Source of the DNA: Rhodothermales bacterium
GTDB taxonomy: Bacteria > Bacteroidota > Rhodothermia > Rhodothermales > JABDKH01
Assembly: GCA_013002345.1 (NCBI GenBank)
Contig: JABDKH010000196.1
Span: forward strand, 5,160 to 69,159
DNA length: 64,000 bases
Reading direction: 5' to 3'
Under the pieces are notes generated by a model, which did not search any database, was not told the DNA's origin, and worked only from the letters and a program-made list of their open reading frames with translations. Below are positions 27,679 to 38,579 of this stretch, piece by piece (within the stretch, counting starts at the first letter, position 1; every line of letters begins with the position of its first letter). The position numbers and the translations under genes were made by a program.

Positions 27679-28773
27679 TTGACTACGCTTAACGTTCAGT
27701 TCGCAGACGGACGATCGCACGCGGTTGTCTTCGATCAGCTCGAGCAATTGCCCACGCAAATGGCTGCGAGAGGGCTCGGACCCGGTCCCTGCGTCATCGT
27801 AACGGATGACAATGTTGCCGGACTCTATTTGGAAAGGCTTGGTACTACTCTGGATCAAGCTGGTTATAGCACGTCGACGTTCTCCGTACGTCCCGGAGAA
27901 TCTTCAAAGTCGCTGCGAGTTCTGGAGGAACTGTACGACACTGCACTCGGCGCGCGAGTCGATCGAGCGACACCCGTCATCGCTCTGGGCGGCGGCGTAG
28001 TCGGCGATCTGGCTGGTCTCGGCGCCGCCACCCTATTACGAGGAGTCCCGCTCGTCCATGTCCCGACAACTCTTGTGGCACAGATTGACAGTTCCATCGG
28101 TGGCAAGACCGGTGTAAATCACGCCGCAGGCAAGAACCTCATTGGCTCGTTCTACCAACCGCGTTTGGTCCTGACCGACATCGATGTCTTGCAGTCACTT
28201 GATGACCGTGAATGGAGATCGGGACTGGCTGAGATGGTCAAGCATGCCATGCTGGACAGCCATGAACATACGACGACGGTTCTGAGTTATTGGGAGCAGA
28301 TCGTTGCGCGCAAAGCGGATACGCTGCGCATTGTTGTTCCGCGATCTGCTGCGTTCAAGGCGAGCATAGTCGCCGACGACGAAATGGAGCACAGCCGGCG
28401 CGCAGTCCTGAATCTCGGACACACGGTCGGTCATGCCATCGAGCGCGCAGCAGGCTATGGAGAGTTGTCGCATGGCGAATCCGTGGCGGCAGGTCTTGCG
28501 GTCGCACTCCGGATTTCGGACATGAAGTATCCTCGGCAGGACCGCGGCCTCGCATGGGATTTACTGCACCGACTCGGATGGCCGTCCACTCGACATCTTG
28601 ACGTTCGCGATATCATGGACGGCCTTGCGACCGACAAGAAGGTCCTGTCCGGAATTCAACGATTCATTCTACTGCCCGCGCCGGGAAGCCCCGAGATAAG
28701 CACGACCGTGTCGATCCAGGATATCGAGGCCGCGTACGATTGGTTGATCAGGCCGAAATCGACCGGTGATTGA
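27679..28773 (+). CDS. aroB: 3-dehydroquinate synthase
   Basis: IALGGGVVGDLAGLGAATLLRGVPLVHVPTTLVAQIDSSIGGKTGVNH, plus GHTVGHAIE. Start uncertain: TTG 27679 gives a typical 364 aa, while ORF-track TTG 27559 adds 40 non-AroB-like residues. Confidence 0.88.
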   Translation: MTTLNVQFADGRSHAVVFDQLEQLPTQMAARGLGPGPCVIVTDDNVAGLYLERLGTTLDQAGYSTSTFSVRPGESSKSLRVLEELYDTALGARVDRATPVIALGGGVVGDLAGLGAATLLRGVPLVHVPTTLVAQIDSSIGGKTGVNHAAGKNLIGSFYQPRLVLTDIDVLQSLDDREWRSGLAEMVKHAMLDSHEHTTTVLSYWEQIVARKADTLRIVVPRSAAFKASIVADDEMEHSRRAVLNLGHTVGHAIERAAGYGELSHGESVAAGLAVALRISDMKYPRQDRGLAWDLLHRLGWPSTRHLDVRDIMDGLATDKKVLSGIQRFILLPAPGSPEISTTVSIQDIEAAYDWLIRPKSTGD

Positions 28774-28854
28774 GGCACTATTGGCTCACTTGGTCGTTAT
28801 CAAGGAGAGGCGGAGCGACCGTCTCTACATCCCCGCAACCCCGCCACGCGTCCG

Positions 28855-31800
28855 GTGTCCTTTCGCCCGCTGATCCATATCCCCAGAGGAGCGGCAGGAA
28901 TAGCCCTCTTAGTTACCCTGCTATTGGTCGGCGGATTCTTCATCGCTACACGCACCGAGGTGGGGCGAGACGTTCTCAAGTCTGAGATTGAACGTCGCTT
29001 TAATAGTCAGGCAGACGGAACGCTTCGCATCGGCACCCTCACGGGCAATCTAGTCTATCGCTTCATCGCAAGGGATGTTGAGTTGCTCGATGACGAAGGC
29101 GCAATTGTAGTGCGCATTGACTCACTGGTAGCGAGCCCGCGCTGGAGAAGACTGGCGCAGGGGCGTGTAGAACTGGGACGCCTCCACGTTTTCGGGATGC
29201 ATGCAAACCTCGTTCGGGACGTCGGGGGGGAGTGGAATCTTCAGAAGGCTCTCGCATCCAGATCGGTGCGAGACAGCTCCGACGTCGGACTGAGGTCCAT
29301 TGCAATCGGAGACCTTCGAATTACCGGGTCATCCGTGTCAACCTCAAGCGCGGCTCCACCGTCCAGGATCGTAGAGAGTGGCGCCTTGTTTGACTATGAA
29401 AACTCTCGTCTGGCGATCCGAACTCTACATTCAATTCTGGATTGGAGGCCTTCGGACGCGCAGATTGATCTGATTCATTTTTCCGCAAGTGTCGAAGACA
29501 GAAACTTCGATCTGTCGGAGATGACGGGGCAGGTTGTTTTTAATGACAACACGATCCTGGCAAACCAATTCTCGATCAGCACACCGCGAAGCAGCGTTCA
29601 ATTCAGTGGAGCGCTCGATAACCTGGAGAGCGAGAAAGCCAGTGATGCGCGAATCGATATCAGTCTCACGGCTGATCCGATTGATCACACCGAGCTCAGC
29701 CGGATTCTACCCAAAAGTCCATTTCGGAGCAGCACGGCAGTGGTCGCTCGGGTTCAGGGCCCTGTATCAGCGCTGGTTATTGAGGAGCTCAGCATGGCCC
29801 GCCGAGCGTCGCACCTGACACTCGATGGTACTCTGGTTGGGCTTCCCGATTCCCTCGACTTTGAAGTCTCTGTTACTCGTGGCACCCTTCGTCGCAAAGA
29901 GCTAAGAGAACTCCTGCTCGACACCAGTCCCCTTGATCGCACATATGTTGACAGCCTCGATATTTCATTGCTTGCCCGGGGGGTCATTCATGATCCGTTC
30001 GAAAGCGCGTCGATCTCGGGCGACGTCTTCCTGGATATAGGCGGTGACGCGGGTCGAGTCTCTGGGCGCGTTACGGCCAGCCATCCGACCGGTGAAGCAT
30101 GGACTATCTCAAGCAACCTGTTCTCCGGCGACCTTCAACTGGACCGCGTAATACCGGGCCTCCGCGGATTCACGTCGATTAACGGCGACGTGAGTGTGTC
30201 CATGCGAGGATTTGTTCCAGCAGAAATGGAGTTGACGGCAGAGTTCAGCCTTGGCCAGTCGTCGATCATGTCAAGGACAGTCGACTCCCTGAGGGCGGTT
30301 ATGGTTCTCGATGACGGACGCCTCCGGAGCGAGCTGCAGGCTTCACGCGGTGACGGCCGCGCCGAGGCGCGGGTTGAGGCGGACATTAGCGAGAAACCAT
30401 ATCGATACGCAGTTGACGCCAGCGTCGACCGGATGGATTTTGGCCCGCTGCTGGCGATCGACTCGCTAACGTCGTCAATCACGGCACGAGGTGAAGCGAA
30501 GATCAGCATGTCCGACTTGAATGATGTCATCGGCGAGTTTGCCATTTCGGTCGACAGTTCGCTCGTCGAATTTGCGGGGCGAAGTCGGCACATAGACCCG
30601 GGCACGCTTGCCGCGGAGTTAAGCCGGCCCGAAACCGGCATCTCTTCCCTGCTCATATCCGGCGACGTACTGGCCGGTGAGCTGAATGCGCGCGGTCAGC
30701 TGTCTACCGTCGCGGACCTCACGAGGCATTGGATACAGCAAATACGGGCCGCTCGGAACGAAGAGCTGCCTGCGACAGTCGCGATGCTGTCAGCCTCAGC
30801 TGATTCGATAGATGGTGATCCAGAGCTCGCGCAGCCCGTTGTTCTGAATGGCTCGCTTTCGGTATTGAATCCGGGTACACTTGGAGCCTTTCTGCCGGCA
30901 TGGCCCGACGTAAGTGCGGCATTGAGAGCCGACTTCAGTGCGAATCTCGCCCGATCCAGAGCCTCCGTTCGCCTCGGCCTGGATGGAGACTCGCTGCAAG
31001 TAGGTCGTATTCGGCTGGACCGGTATTCCGGTTCGTTCTCAGCCTCGACGAATGAAGGTTCTCGCTTGATAGAGAATCTCGCCGTGGCTGGCTCATTCTC
31101 TTCCGAGCGATTTTCGATGGGGGGCAACGGCATTCGCGACATAGGTGTCGAACTCGAATATCGGGACACGGCGGGCGAGATTACAATCACAGCGCGCCAG
31201 GGTGAGCGGATCGGACCTCTCGATATATCCGCCGGCCTTGCTCTTTCATCCGATCAACTGGCGATTACACCCCGGCGCTTCAGCATGCGTGCCGGTGGCT
31301 ATGATTGGGAGCTCACCGACACGTCTCCCATCCGCATTACGCGGAACTCCGTACGTACTTCGCTTCTGGCATTTCAAAATCCATCCACCGGATCGATCCC
31401 CGGACAACGGGTGGAGTTGCGCGGCGGTATTTCAAATTCACTGTCCGACCGACTGCTGATCACAACCGACGATGTCGATCTCGCTCAGGTGTCAAACATC
31501 CTCTCCATGAACCGGAGCCTGGCCGGGAGATTGGGCGGCGAATTCACTCTCTCCCGTCAGGACGGTACGCCCGTTGTGGAAGCCAGAGCATCCGTGATTG
31601 GCCTCGGGCTTGATGAGCGAATTCTGGGCGATCTGGTGATGTCGAGTTCGCTGACTCCGGGTACGGCTGAGGGCATCCTTGACCTGACGCTTTCTCCCAC
31701 GACGCTCGATAGTACCGCAGGTACCCGAGTTCAAAACCAGGCGAAAGTCGCGGGCACCTTCAGCCTGCCGTCGTTCGATACGAACGGCAATCGAACCGAC

Positions 31801-33552
31801 CCCGGATCTCTGGACCTGACCGCTGTGCTCGATCGAGCCGATCTCTTCTTCTTCGAATATATCTTCCCGGGCACCGTGCAGAACGTGACGGGGTATACGG
31901 CCGGCAGCGTTCATATCGGTGGAAACCTGTCGCGACCCGTCTTCGATGCAAGCTTGCAAATCGTAGAGGGACGCTTTCGTGTACCGCGCTTCAATCTCGC
32001 GATGGCCCTGACCGCTGACGTGGAGGTCGACAGATACGGAATTCATGTCAAGCGAGCCGACGTTGTCGGAAAGACGAACGGCTCGGTTCAATTGAGTGGA
32101 GATATCCTCTTCAACGACTACAAGTTCTTCTCCTTCAACCTGGAAGGCCAGCTGAACGAGTTTCAGATCATGGATGTCGCAAGCTCCAGAGAACTTCCAT
32201 TCTATGGACACATCTGGGCGTCCGGAACCGCGACACTCAGCGGACCTCTATCCAAGACAGTGCTGCGGGCCACCAATGCGAGTGCAACATCAAGCAGCGA
32301 ACTGTATATCCCGATTGTAGAATCAAGGGAGAGTTCCGATGCAGGGTTCATTGTCTTTGCCGATTCCACCGGTGAGATGCCGGACCTTGTTACGCTAACG
32401 CGAAGACGCAATCTGCTTTCAGGCCGTCCGACCGGCGAACGTGGGTTCACCGAAGGAATGGACATGGAGCTCAATATCGATGCGCCGCCCGGGTCCACAG
32501 TCCATCTTGTGATCGATCCCCTACTCGGTGATGTCATCAATGGAGTGGGTTCCGGCAGGATTCAGATCCTACGTCAGGAAGGCGAATTTCAGACGTTCGG
32601 ATCGTTCCAGGTGAACTCCGGTGACTACCTGTTTACTGCGGGTGAAGTATTCGTGCGGCGGTTCCTCATCGAAGAAGGCGGAGAGATCAGATGGGACGGT
32701 GATCCCGCGAATGCAAGACTGGATATTCCCGCCGCTTTCAGGACGAGAGCATCACGAGCTGGATTGCAGGCTGGCGGCGACGGTTCGGCCTCACTTATTC
32801 CTGTCGTCGTCAACCTGCAGATAACCGGAAGAGTGGCGGCCCCCGAAGTTGCCCTCTCGCTGAGCATCGACAGGAGCAGTCAGACGATCGGCAGCACCTC
32901 GGATCAGGAATTCCTTGAAACGATTCTGAACAATCCGCAACTCTCAACAGAGTACGCCACTAGTGTCTTGCTCACGAACTCATTCGCGTTGACGACGGCC
33001 AGTGCTAGCGGTGGTGAGGCGCTAGGAACGGGCGCGTTCAACAGCCTCTCCCAACTGATCGCGGCGCAGCTGAATCGGTATTTGAGCACGGCGTTACCCA
33101 ACGTAGATTTCAGCTTCGGTGTCCAGGGCCAGACATCGCAGGAGCTTGACATCACGTACGGTGTGGCTCTCCGCCTTCTTGATGAGCGACTGGTCATTCG
33201 TGGCCAGGGTGTATATCAGGGCGCCGAAGCCTCGACGGCAGAGAGCTTGCAAGGCGAGTTCGTCGTTGAGGTGCGTGTCAGCAACCACGTCTCCGTGGAG
33301 GTCTTCTATCGACGCGAAGGAGATCTCCTCGTGCGCACGCTGACAAGCACCGCGGGAGCCGGAGTGTCATATCGCACCGAGTTTCCAACATGGAGGCGGT
33401 TTTTTCAGCGAATGTTCGGTTGGATGCGTCCACGAAGAAACAGAGACGCCGATCGACCCGATACAGTTACAGCCCGGAAGCTATTTCGGAGTTCGGCAAC
33501 ACCCGTTGTGGTAGTTCCACGACTTGAGGAGATATTGGTAGATGGTCAGTAG
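28855..33552 (+). CDS. tamB: TamB-like translocation and assembly module protein (AsmA-like, C-terminal DUF490)
   Basis: 1565 aa with an N-terminal signal anchor (GIALLVTLLLVGGFFIA), a long beta-rich repetitive body and a C-terminal DUF490-like region. Overlaps the rnr start by 11 nt. Confidence 0.8.
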   Translation: MSFRPLIHIPRGAAGIALLVTLLLVGGFFIATRTEVGRDVLKSEIERRFNSQADGTLRIGTLTGNLVYRFIARDVELLDDEGAIVVRIDSLVASPRWRRLAQGRVELGRLHVFGMHANLVRDVGGEWNLQKALASRSVRDSSDVGLRSIAIGDLRITGSSVSTSSAAPPSRIVESGALFDYENSRLAIRTLHSILDWRPSDAQIDLIHFSASVEDRNFDLSEMTGQVVFNDNTILANQFSISTPRSSVQFSGALDNLESEKASDARIDISLTADPIDHTELSRILPKSPFRSSTAVVARVQGPVSALVIEELSMARRASHLTLDGTLVGLPDSLDFEVSVTRGTLRRKELRELLLDTSPLDRTYVDSLDISLLARGVIHDPFESASISGDVFLDIGGDAGRVSGRVTASHPTGEAWTISSNLFSGDLQLDRVIPGLRGFTSINGDVSVSMRGFVPAEMELTAEFSLGQSSIMSRTVDSLRAVMVLDDGRLRSELQASRGDGRAEARVEADISEKPYRYAVDASVDRMDFGPLLAIDSLTSSITARGEAKISMSDLNDVIGEFAISVDSSLVEFAGRSRHIDPGTLAAELSRPETGISSLLISGDVLAGELNARGQLSTVADLTRHWIQQIRAARNEELPATVAMLSASADSIDGDPELAQPVVLNGSLSVLNPGTLGAFLPAWPDVSAALRADFSANLARSRASVRLGLDGDSLQVGRIRLDRYSGSFSASTNEGSRLIENLAVAGSFSSERFSMGGNGIRDIGVELEYRDTAGEITITARQGERIGPLDISAGLALSSDQLAITPRRFSMRAGGYDWELTDTSPIRITRNSVRTSLLAFQNPSTGSIPGQRVELRGGISNSLSDRLLITTDDVDLAQVSNILSMNRSLAGRLGGEFTLSRQDGTPVVEARASVIGLGLDERILGDLVMSSSLTPGTAEGILDLTLSPTTLDSTAGTRVQNQAKVAGTFSLPSFDTNGNRTDPGSLDLTAVLDRADLFFFEYIFPGTVQNVTGYTAGSVHIGGNLSRPVFDASLQIVEGRFRVPRFNLAMALTADVEVDRYGIHVKRADVVGKTNGSVQLSGDILFNDYKFFSFNLEGQLNEFQIMDVASSRELPFYGHIWASGTATLSGPLSKTVLRATNASATSSSELYIPIVESRESSDAGFIVFADSTGEMPDLVTLTRRRNLLSGRPTGERGFTEGMDMELNIDAPPGSTVHLVIDPLLGDVINGVGSGRIQILRQEGEFQTFGSFQVNSGDYLFTAGEVFVRRFLIEEGGEIRWDGDPANARLDIPAAFRTRASRAGLQAGGDGSASLIPVVVNLQITGRVAAPEVALSLSIDRSSQTIGSTSDQEFLETILNNPQLSTEYATSVLLTNSFALTTASASGGEALGTGAFNSLSQLIAAQLNRYLSTALPNVDFSFGVQGQTSQELDITYGVALRLLDERLVIRGQGVYQGAEASTAESLQGEFVVEVRVSNHVSVEVFYRREGDLLVRTLTSTAGAGVSYRTEFPTWRRFFQRMFGWMRPRRNRDADRPDTVTARKLFRSSATPVVVVPRLEEILVDGQ

Positions 33553-35659
33553 CAAACACGACAGTATTCGGAAGCAGGTACTTGGCCTCCTCCGAAACCA
33601 CGGCAAGCGCAGTTTCCGATTCAAAGAGATCGCGAAGACCCTTGGGTTCAAAGACAACAAGACATACAAGCTGTTCAGCGAAGTGATGGAGGATCTGGTC
33701 GAAGAGGCCCTCATCGCTCGCGTGAAAGGTGGAAAGTACAGACATCGAAAGCCGGGCGGCACGGCCGTGGGGCGGCTCACCGTCAATCCAAAGGGCTTTG
33801 GTTTCGTCGCCGTGGAGGATACGCTCCACGACTACTTCGTCAGCCCATCAAACCTGAAGACCGCTCTCGATGGCGACACTGTCCGGATATCGACGGCGGC
33901 CGGCTCACGTGACGGCCAGAGACGAGAGGCCGAAGTGATGGAAATCGTAGAGCGCGGACGTACTTATGCTGTGGGTACCTTCCGGCGACGCGGTAAGTTC
34001 GCGATTGTTCATCCGGATGACCTCAGGCTGATACGCGACATTTACGTAGACAAAAAGGACTTTGGCGGAGCAGTCGACGGCCAGAAGGTCCAGGTGTCTA
34101 TCGACCAGTTCGATGATCCGCATGGTTCGCCGGAGGGTCGTGTTCTCTCGGTTATCGGTAACGCCGATGAACCGGAAGTTCAGGTCCTCTCTCTTGCCAT
34201 GAGTCTGGGAGTCAAAGCGGAATTCGACGAAGACGTCGAACGCGAATTGCGCGATATCCCCGATACGATCGACCCGGACGAGGCAAATCGCCGACTGGAT
34301 CTGAGAGACAAACGTACGTTTACGATCGACCCGGAGGATGCGAAAGACTTCGACGATGCCATTCACATTGAAGCAATGGGGCCGGACGCGTGGGAGGTCG
34401 GCGTTCACATCGCCGACGTAAGCCACTTTGTCCAAGTGGACAGCGCGACCGATCGAGAGGCGCTATCGAGGGGTACGAGTGTGTATCTCGTTGACCGCGT
34501 GATACCGATGTTGCCGGAGCGATTGTCGAACGGTCTGTGTTCGCTTCAGTCCAACGTTGATCGACTCGCGTTTAGTTGCATCATGAAGATGAACGGTCGC
34601 GGCGACGTACTGAGTTATGACCTTCAGCCCTCCGTGATTCACTCGCAGCGTCGCCTCACCTACGCGCAGGCTCAGGCAATCATCGACGCCGGATCAAGTG
34701 AGGACCAGCTCGAACGGGATCTCCTTGCGGCCAACACCATTGCTCGAGTGCTTACGAAACGGCGCCTCGCCGAGGGCTCGATCGACTTCGATATGCCAGA
34801 GGTCAAGGTTCGACTGGACGAGAGGGGACATCCGGTCGAGATGTTTGTCAAGACGCGCATGGAAGCAAACCGGCTCGTAGAGGAGTTCATGCTGCTCGCA
34901 AATCGGACGGTGGCGGGACACGTACAGCGCGTCCTCGATAATCGTCCGTTCGTGTACCGCGTACACGACCGGCCGGACCTGGAACGAATCAAGAGTCTTG
35001 CCCTGTATGTACGAGCTTTCGGACATCGACTTCGAATCAAGGATGGATCGATCGATTCCGGAGACCTGAACGACCTGTTGCACCAGGTGGCCGGGAAACC
35101 AGAGGAACCGGTCATCGAGCAAGCAGCCCTGCGGGCAATGGCCAAAGCGGTCTACACGACAGAAAACATCGGGCACTATGGACTGGGATTCGAGGACTAT
35201 ACTCACTTTACGAGTCCCATCCGACGCTATCCCGATCTTATGGTCCACCGACTACTCAGGCAGTATAGCAGCGGAACATCGAGTGTCGACGAAGCGTGGC
35301 TCGAGGAAGTCTGCAAATCATGCTCGGAAAGCGAGCGCAGGGCGGAGAAGGCGGAGCGAGAGTCGATCAAACTCAAACAGGTTCAGTATGCGCGCGACCA
35401 CCTTGGCGATTCATTCGATGGTGTCGTCACTGGCGTTACGAAATTCGGAGTGTTCGTGGAGATTAGTGACCTGCTTGTTGAGGGGATGGTCCACGTGCGT
35501 GACATGGACGACGATTACTATGAGTACGATGAGGCGAGCTTTAGCCTTCGCGGTGTTGAGTCCGCACGCGTCTACCAGCCAGGGACGGCCGTGCGAATCG
35601 TCATCGTTGCTGCAAACGTGGAGACGCGCGAAATCGATCTGTTTTTTTCGGATGAGTAA
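33542..35659 (+). CDS. rnr: Ribonuclease R
   Basis: N-terminal winged-HTH and cold-shock-like regions. RNB motifs TIDPEDAKDFDDAIH and VYLVDRVIPMLPERLSNGLCSL, plus HYGLGFEDYTHFTSPIRRYPDL. C-terminal S1 domain. Confidence 0.93.
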   Translation: MVSSKHDSIRKQVLGLLRNHGKRSFRFKEIAKTLGFKDNKTYKLFSEVMEDLVEEALIARVKGGKYRHRKPGGTAVGRLTVNPKGFGFVAVEDTLHDYFVSPSNLKTALDGDTVRISTAAGSRDGQRREAEVMEIVERGRTYAVGTFRRRGKFAIVHPDDLRLIRDIYVDKKDFGGAVDGQKVQVSIDQFDDPHGSPEGRVLSVIGNADEPEVQVLSLAMSLGVKAEFDEDVERELRDIPDTIDPDEANRRLDLRDKRTFTIDPEDAKDFDDAIHIEAMGPDAWEVGVHIADVSHFVQVDSATDREALSRGTSVYLVDRVIPMLPERLSNGLCSLQSNVDRLAFSCIMKMNGRGDVLSYDLQPSVIHSQRRLTYAQAQAIIDAGSSEDQLERDLLAANTIARVLTKRRLAEGSIDFDMPEVKVRLDERGHPVEMFVKTRMEANRLVEEFMLLANRTVAGHVQRVLDNRPFVYRVHDRPDLERIKSLALYVRAFGHRLRIKDGSIDSGDLNDLLHQVAGKPEEPVIEQAALRAMAKAVYTTENIGHYGLGFEDYTHFTSPIRRYPDLMVHRLLRQYSSGTSSVDEAWLEEVCKSCSESERRAEKAERESIKLKQVQYARDHLGDSFDGVVTGVTKFGVFVEISDLLVEGMVHVRDMDDDYYEYDEASFSLRGVESARVYQPGTAVRIVIVAANVETREIDLFFSDE

Positions 35660-35679
35660 CCTGGTCGCGAGTCCCCGGT

Positions 35680-35700
35680 CGAGACGCGATGTCTCGTTTT
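35680..35700 (+). terminator. Possible short intrinsic terminator after rnr
   Basis: CGAGAC-gcgat-GTCTCG followed by TTTTCG. The stem is only 6 bp. Confidence 0.3.
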
Positions 35701-35846
35701 CGTGTCGAATCGGAACCTGGAATCGAGGCATTCGGTCGATTTGGGGGTATTCGGAGGTTTCGCCGACCTTGGCCCAGAACTTGACATATCAGAGCATTGA
35801 AGTGCTCACGAGACGTTTTCCACTGCTATAACCACTGCCAGGATCG

Positions 35847-37406
35847 TTGAAGCTAGTTAAGGAAAGACGAACAGACGCCGCACGATTGGATCGGGTACCG
35901 CAGCCGATTTCATTCCTGGCGGTGATAGCCAAGCTAGGGCACAACCAGCTCCGTGAGGCGATTCGTCATTTTCGACACCAGCCCAATCCGGTTGCGTGGG
36001 CATTGCTCGGCGTGTTTGGACTGCTGATGGCCTTTGCCCTCGTCACTGCCGGTCTCCGCTTTCATCGTATCACGATCCTCCTGGGCGTACACGTTCCGGT
36101 AGCTCTGTTCAACGACTATCTGCTGAGCGTCTTCATCAGCCTCTTTGGAATACGCTTTCTTTTCCAGAAAAGCCCCCGATTCCGACTCCAGCCATACCTG
36201 CATCTTCCTCTGAAGCGCTGGCACCTGGTTGCCTACTTTCAGGGCAGTTCCCTGTTTACGATTCACAACCTGTACCCGCTTCTTTTTCTACTGCCGTTCT
36301 GGTCACAGTTCATACTTCCGGCCTATACGACCGCCGGGGCGCTCTACTGGCTATTCGCGATCCTGCTGTGCCTGGGCATATCGACCTTGCTGAACAACTG
36401 GATTCGTTCCGTGCTCACGAACTCCGAATTGGTCTTCATATTCCTCGCTATCCTCGTGTGGTTGCTGGTCGCGGCCGACACCATACTGAGCACGTTCATC
36501 GTCAACGACTTCTCGACGTTTCTCTTCGCCGGACTCGCGAACAGTGATGCTGTCCTTCTGCTACTGGTTTCCGCCACGGCAATATTCACGCTTGTCCTTT
36601 CGAGTTTCAGCCTGTACAACTCCCTGGTGGCATCAAGCTATCGTAGCGTGTCCAGACGCCGTGCATGGACTACGTTCGACCGGCTGTTTGGAGCAGGACC
36701 GGTCGGGGCGCTCATACAATTGGAATTGAAGATGATGTGGCGCAATAAGCGCCCTCGACATTATCTCATTATGTCGGTGCTGTTCTCGACCGCCTACCTC
36801 CTGTTTCTGTTGATCAACCCCGCTACGTCACGCGGTGCCATCTTCGGTGCGATTATCGGATTGTTCGCATCGGGTGGTTTTGCGCTCAACTACGGTCAGT
36901 TGATGTTCGCCTGGGAAAGCACCTTCTTCGACGGATTGCTGGTGCGGCACGACAAGGTGAGCGACATCATAAAGGCAAAACTGATCCTGCTTCAGACCTC
37001 TTGCGCGATACTCTTCCTCTTCAGTATGCCCGTTTTCGCGCTACTCCGACCCGAGCTGGTGCCGCTGCACGTCGCCTTCCTCATGTACAATGTCGGCATC
37101 ACGTGTGTGCTGATCATGTTGCTGGCGATAAGAAATCGGAAAAGGGTCGATATACAGAAGGGTGGAAGTTTCTTCAACTACGAGGGCTTCTCTGCAGCAC
37201 ACTGGTTCTGGCTGCTTCCGGTGGCCGTCCCTCCGACAATACTTCTATATTTGCTGGACGACAAGCTTAACGTTGCACTGTTGGTGATATCGATTGTGGG
37301 TGCCATAAGCATGATAGGCTCTCATCTCTGGGTAGACTATTTCTCAGACCGGCTCTCTCGGAAACGATACGAGATGGCCAGAGGATTCAGGACGCATGCA
37401 AGTTGA
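35847..37406 (+). CDS. Polytopic membrane protein, putative permease partner of the downstream ABC ATPase (DUF5687-like)
   Basis: About 12 hydrophobic segments. Non-ATG (TTG) start. Its stop overlaps the ABC ATPase start by 11 nt. The family assignment is from memory of this gene pairing in Bacteroidota. Confidence 0.6.
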   Translation: MKLVKERRTDAARLDRVPQPISFLAVIAKLGHNQLREAIRHFRHQPNPVAWALLGVFGLLMAFALVTAGLRFHRITILLGVHVPVALFNDYLLSVFISLFGIRFLFQKSPRFRLQPYLHLPLKRWHLVAYFQGSSLFTIHNLYPLLFLLPFWSQFILPAYTTAGALYWLFAILLCLGISTLLNNWIRSVLTNSELVFIFLAILVWLLVAADTILSTFIVNDFSTFLFAGLANSDAVLLLLVSATAIFTLVLSSFSLYNSLVASSYRSVSRRRAWTTFDRLFGAGPVGALIQLELKMMWRNKRPRHYLIMSVLFSTAYLLFLLINPATSRGAIFGAIIGLFASGGFALNYGQLMFAWESTFFDGLLVRHDKVSDIIKAKLILLQTSCAILFLFSMPVFALLRPELVPLHVAFLMYNVGITCVLIMLLAIRNRKRVDIQKGGSFFNYEGFSAAHWFWLLPVAVPPTILLYLLDDKLNVALLVISIVGAISMIGSHLWVDYFSDRLSRKRYEMARGFRTHAS

Positions 37407-38106
37407 AATTCCCCGGTTGCTGAAGCGGTTTGGTTCAAGGGTCGCTCTTGACCTCGGTGATCTCACAATCAGCGACGGCGAGACATTCGGCCTGGTCGGA
37501 AGCAATGGTGCCGGGAAAACCACCTTTCTCCGTCTCGTGCTAGACCTGTTGCGTGCTTCAGATGGCAGTGTCTCCATCGACGGCCACCTGGCTTCAGAGT
37601 CGATGGAATGGAAGTCGAAGACGGGATCGTTCCTCGATCGAGGCTTCTTGATCGAGTTTCTGACCGCCGATGAGTACTTCCGCTTTGTCGGGAACTCATA
37701 CGGGTTCTCAGCCAGGGAATCAGCTGAAGCACTCAAGCCTTATCAGGCGTTCTACCCCGACGAGGTCTTTGGTGAGACACGCCTGTACATTCGCGAAATG
37801 TCGATGGGTAACGCCAAGAAGATTGGCCTGATTGCGGCCATGTTCACCGCTCCCCGACTGCTCGTGCTGGATGAACCGTTCGCAAACCTGGACCCGCGAT
37901 CACAGATAAGACTCAAGTCGTACATCAGGACCCTCAATGAAAAACTTGGGACGACCGTAATCGTGTCAAGTCACGACCTGATGCATGTCACCGATGTCTG
38001 TCGCCGGATTGCCATACTTGAGAATGGCAGAATCGTCCGCGACCTCAACACATCCGAAGGAACACTCATCGACCTTCAGCGCTATTTTTCGGCCGAAGCG
38101 GTTTGA
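37396..38106 (+). CDS. ABC transporter ATP-binding protein
   Basis: Walker A GSNGAGKTT, signature MSMGNAKK (degenerate LSGGQ), Walker B LLVLDEPFANLD, H-loop SSHD. Confidence 0.9.
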   Translation: MQVEIPRLLKRFGSRVALDLGDLTISDGETFGLVGSNGAGKTTFLRLVLDLLRASDGSVSIDGHLASESMEWKSKTGSFLDRGFLIEFLTADEYFRFVGNSYGFSARESAEALKPYQAFYPDEVFGETRLYIREMSMGNAKKIGLIAAMFTAPRLLVLDEPFANLDPRSQIRLKSYIRTLNEKLGTTVIVSSHDLMHVTDVCRRIAILENGRIVRDLNTSEGTLIDLQRYFSAEAV

Positions 38107-38119
38107 CTTTGATGGTCGT

Positions 38120-38575
38120 TCAGCCGTCGATTCCGGGATCGACGCGCCGGACGATCACATGACAGTTCTCTTGGACTGAAACCAGCTCTTCAGCAAGAGC
38201 GAATCCGGACGAATCAAACCCTCTCCGAGCGACAGAATCATCGTCATGCCACGAGGCCGGGTCCGGAACGTCAGTCGCACAAACAATCACCCATCCACCC
38301 GAACGAAGCAGCGGCCTGACACGCTCGAGCGCGGACTCCCACCACAGGAGACTTCGCTCGGCAGCAGTCGCGATGATCCATCCGAAATGCTCAGGTTCGA
38401 GGCCGGAGGTTGACGAATCATTGTCCCACCAGTCGGTACACTCGATGTCGAAACCCAGAGCGGATATCTGCGATGCCAGCGGTTCATCGCATTCGCCGAA
38501 GAGAAGTACTTGTTCGGGAAGAGGGACAGCGGCAAGCGTCCGCAACACGTGGTCGTAGGGACTCACTGCAGACAT
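38120..38575 (-). CDS. Hypothetical protein, degenerate class-I methyltransferase-like fold
   Basis: VLLFGECDEPLASQISALGFDI occupies the position of MTase motif I but lacks GxGxG. LRSGGWVIV resembles post-motif II. Starts 4 nt after the upstream ferrochelatase-like stop. Confidence 0.4.
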   Translation of the reverse strand: MSAVSPYDHVLRTLAAVPLPEQVLLFGECDEPLASQISALGFDIECTDWWDNDSSTSGLEPEHFGWIIATAAERSLLWWESALERVRPLLRSGGWVIVCATDVPDPASWHDDDSVARRGFDSSGFALAEELVSVQENCHVIVRRVDPGIDG

Positions 38576-38579
38576 TTGC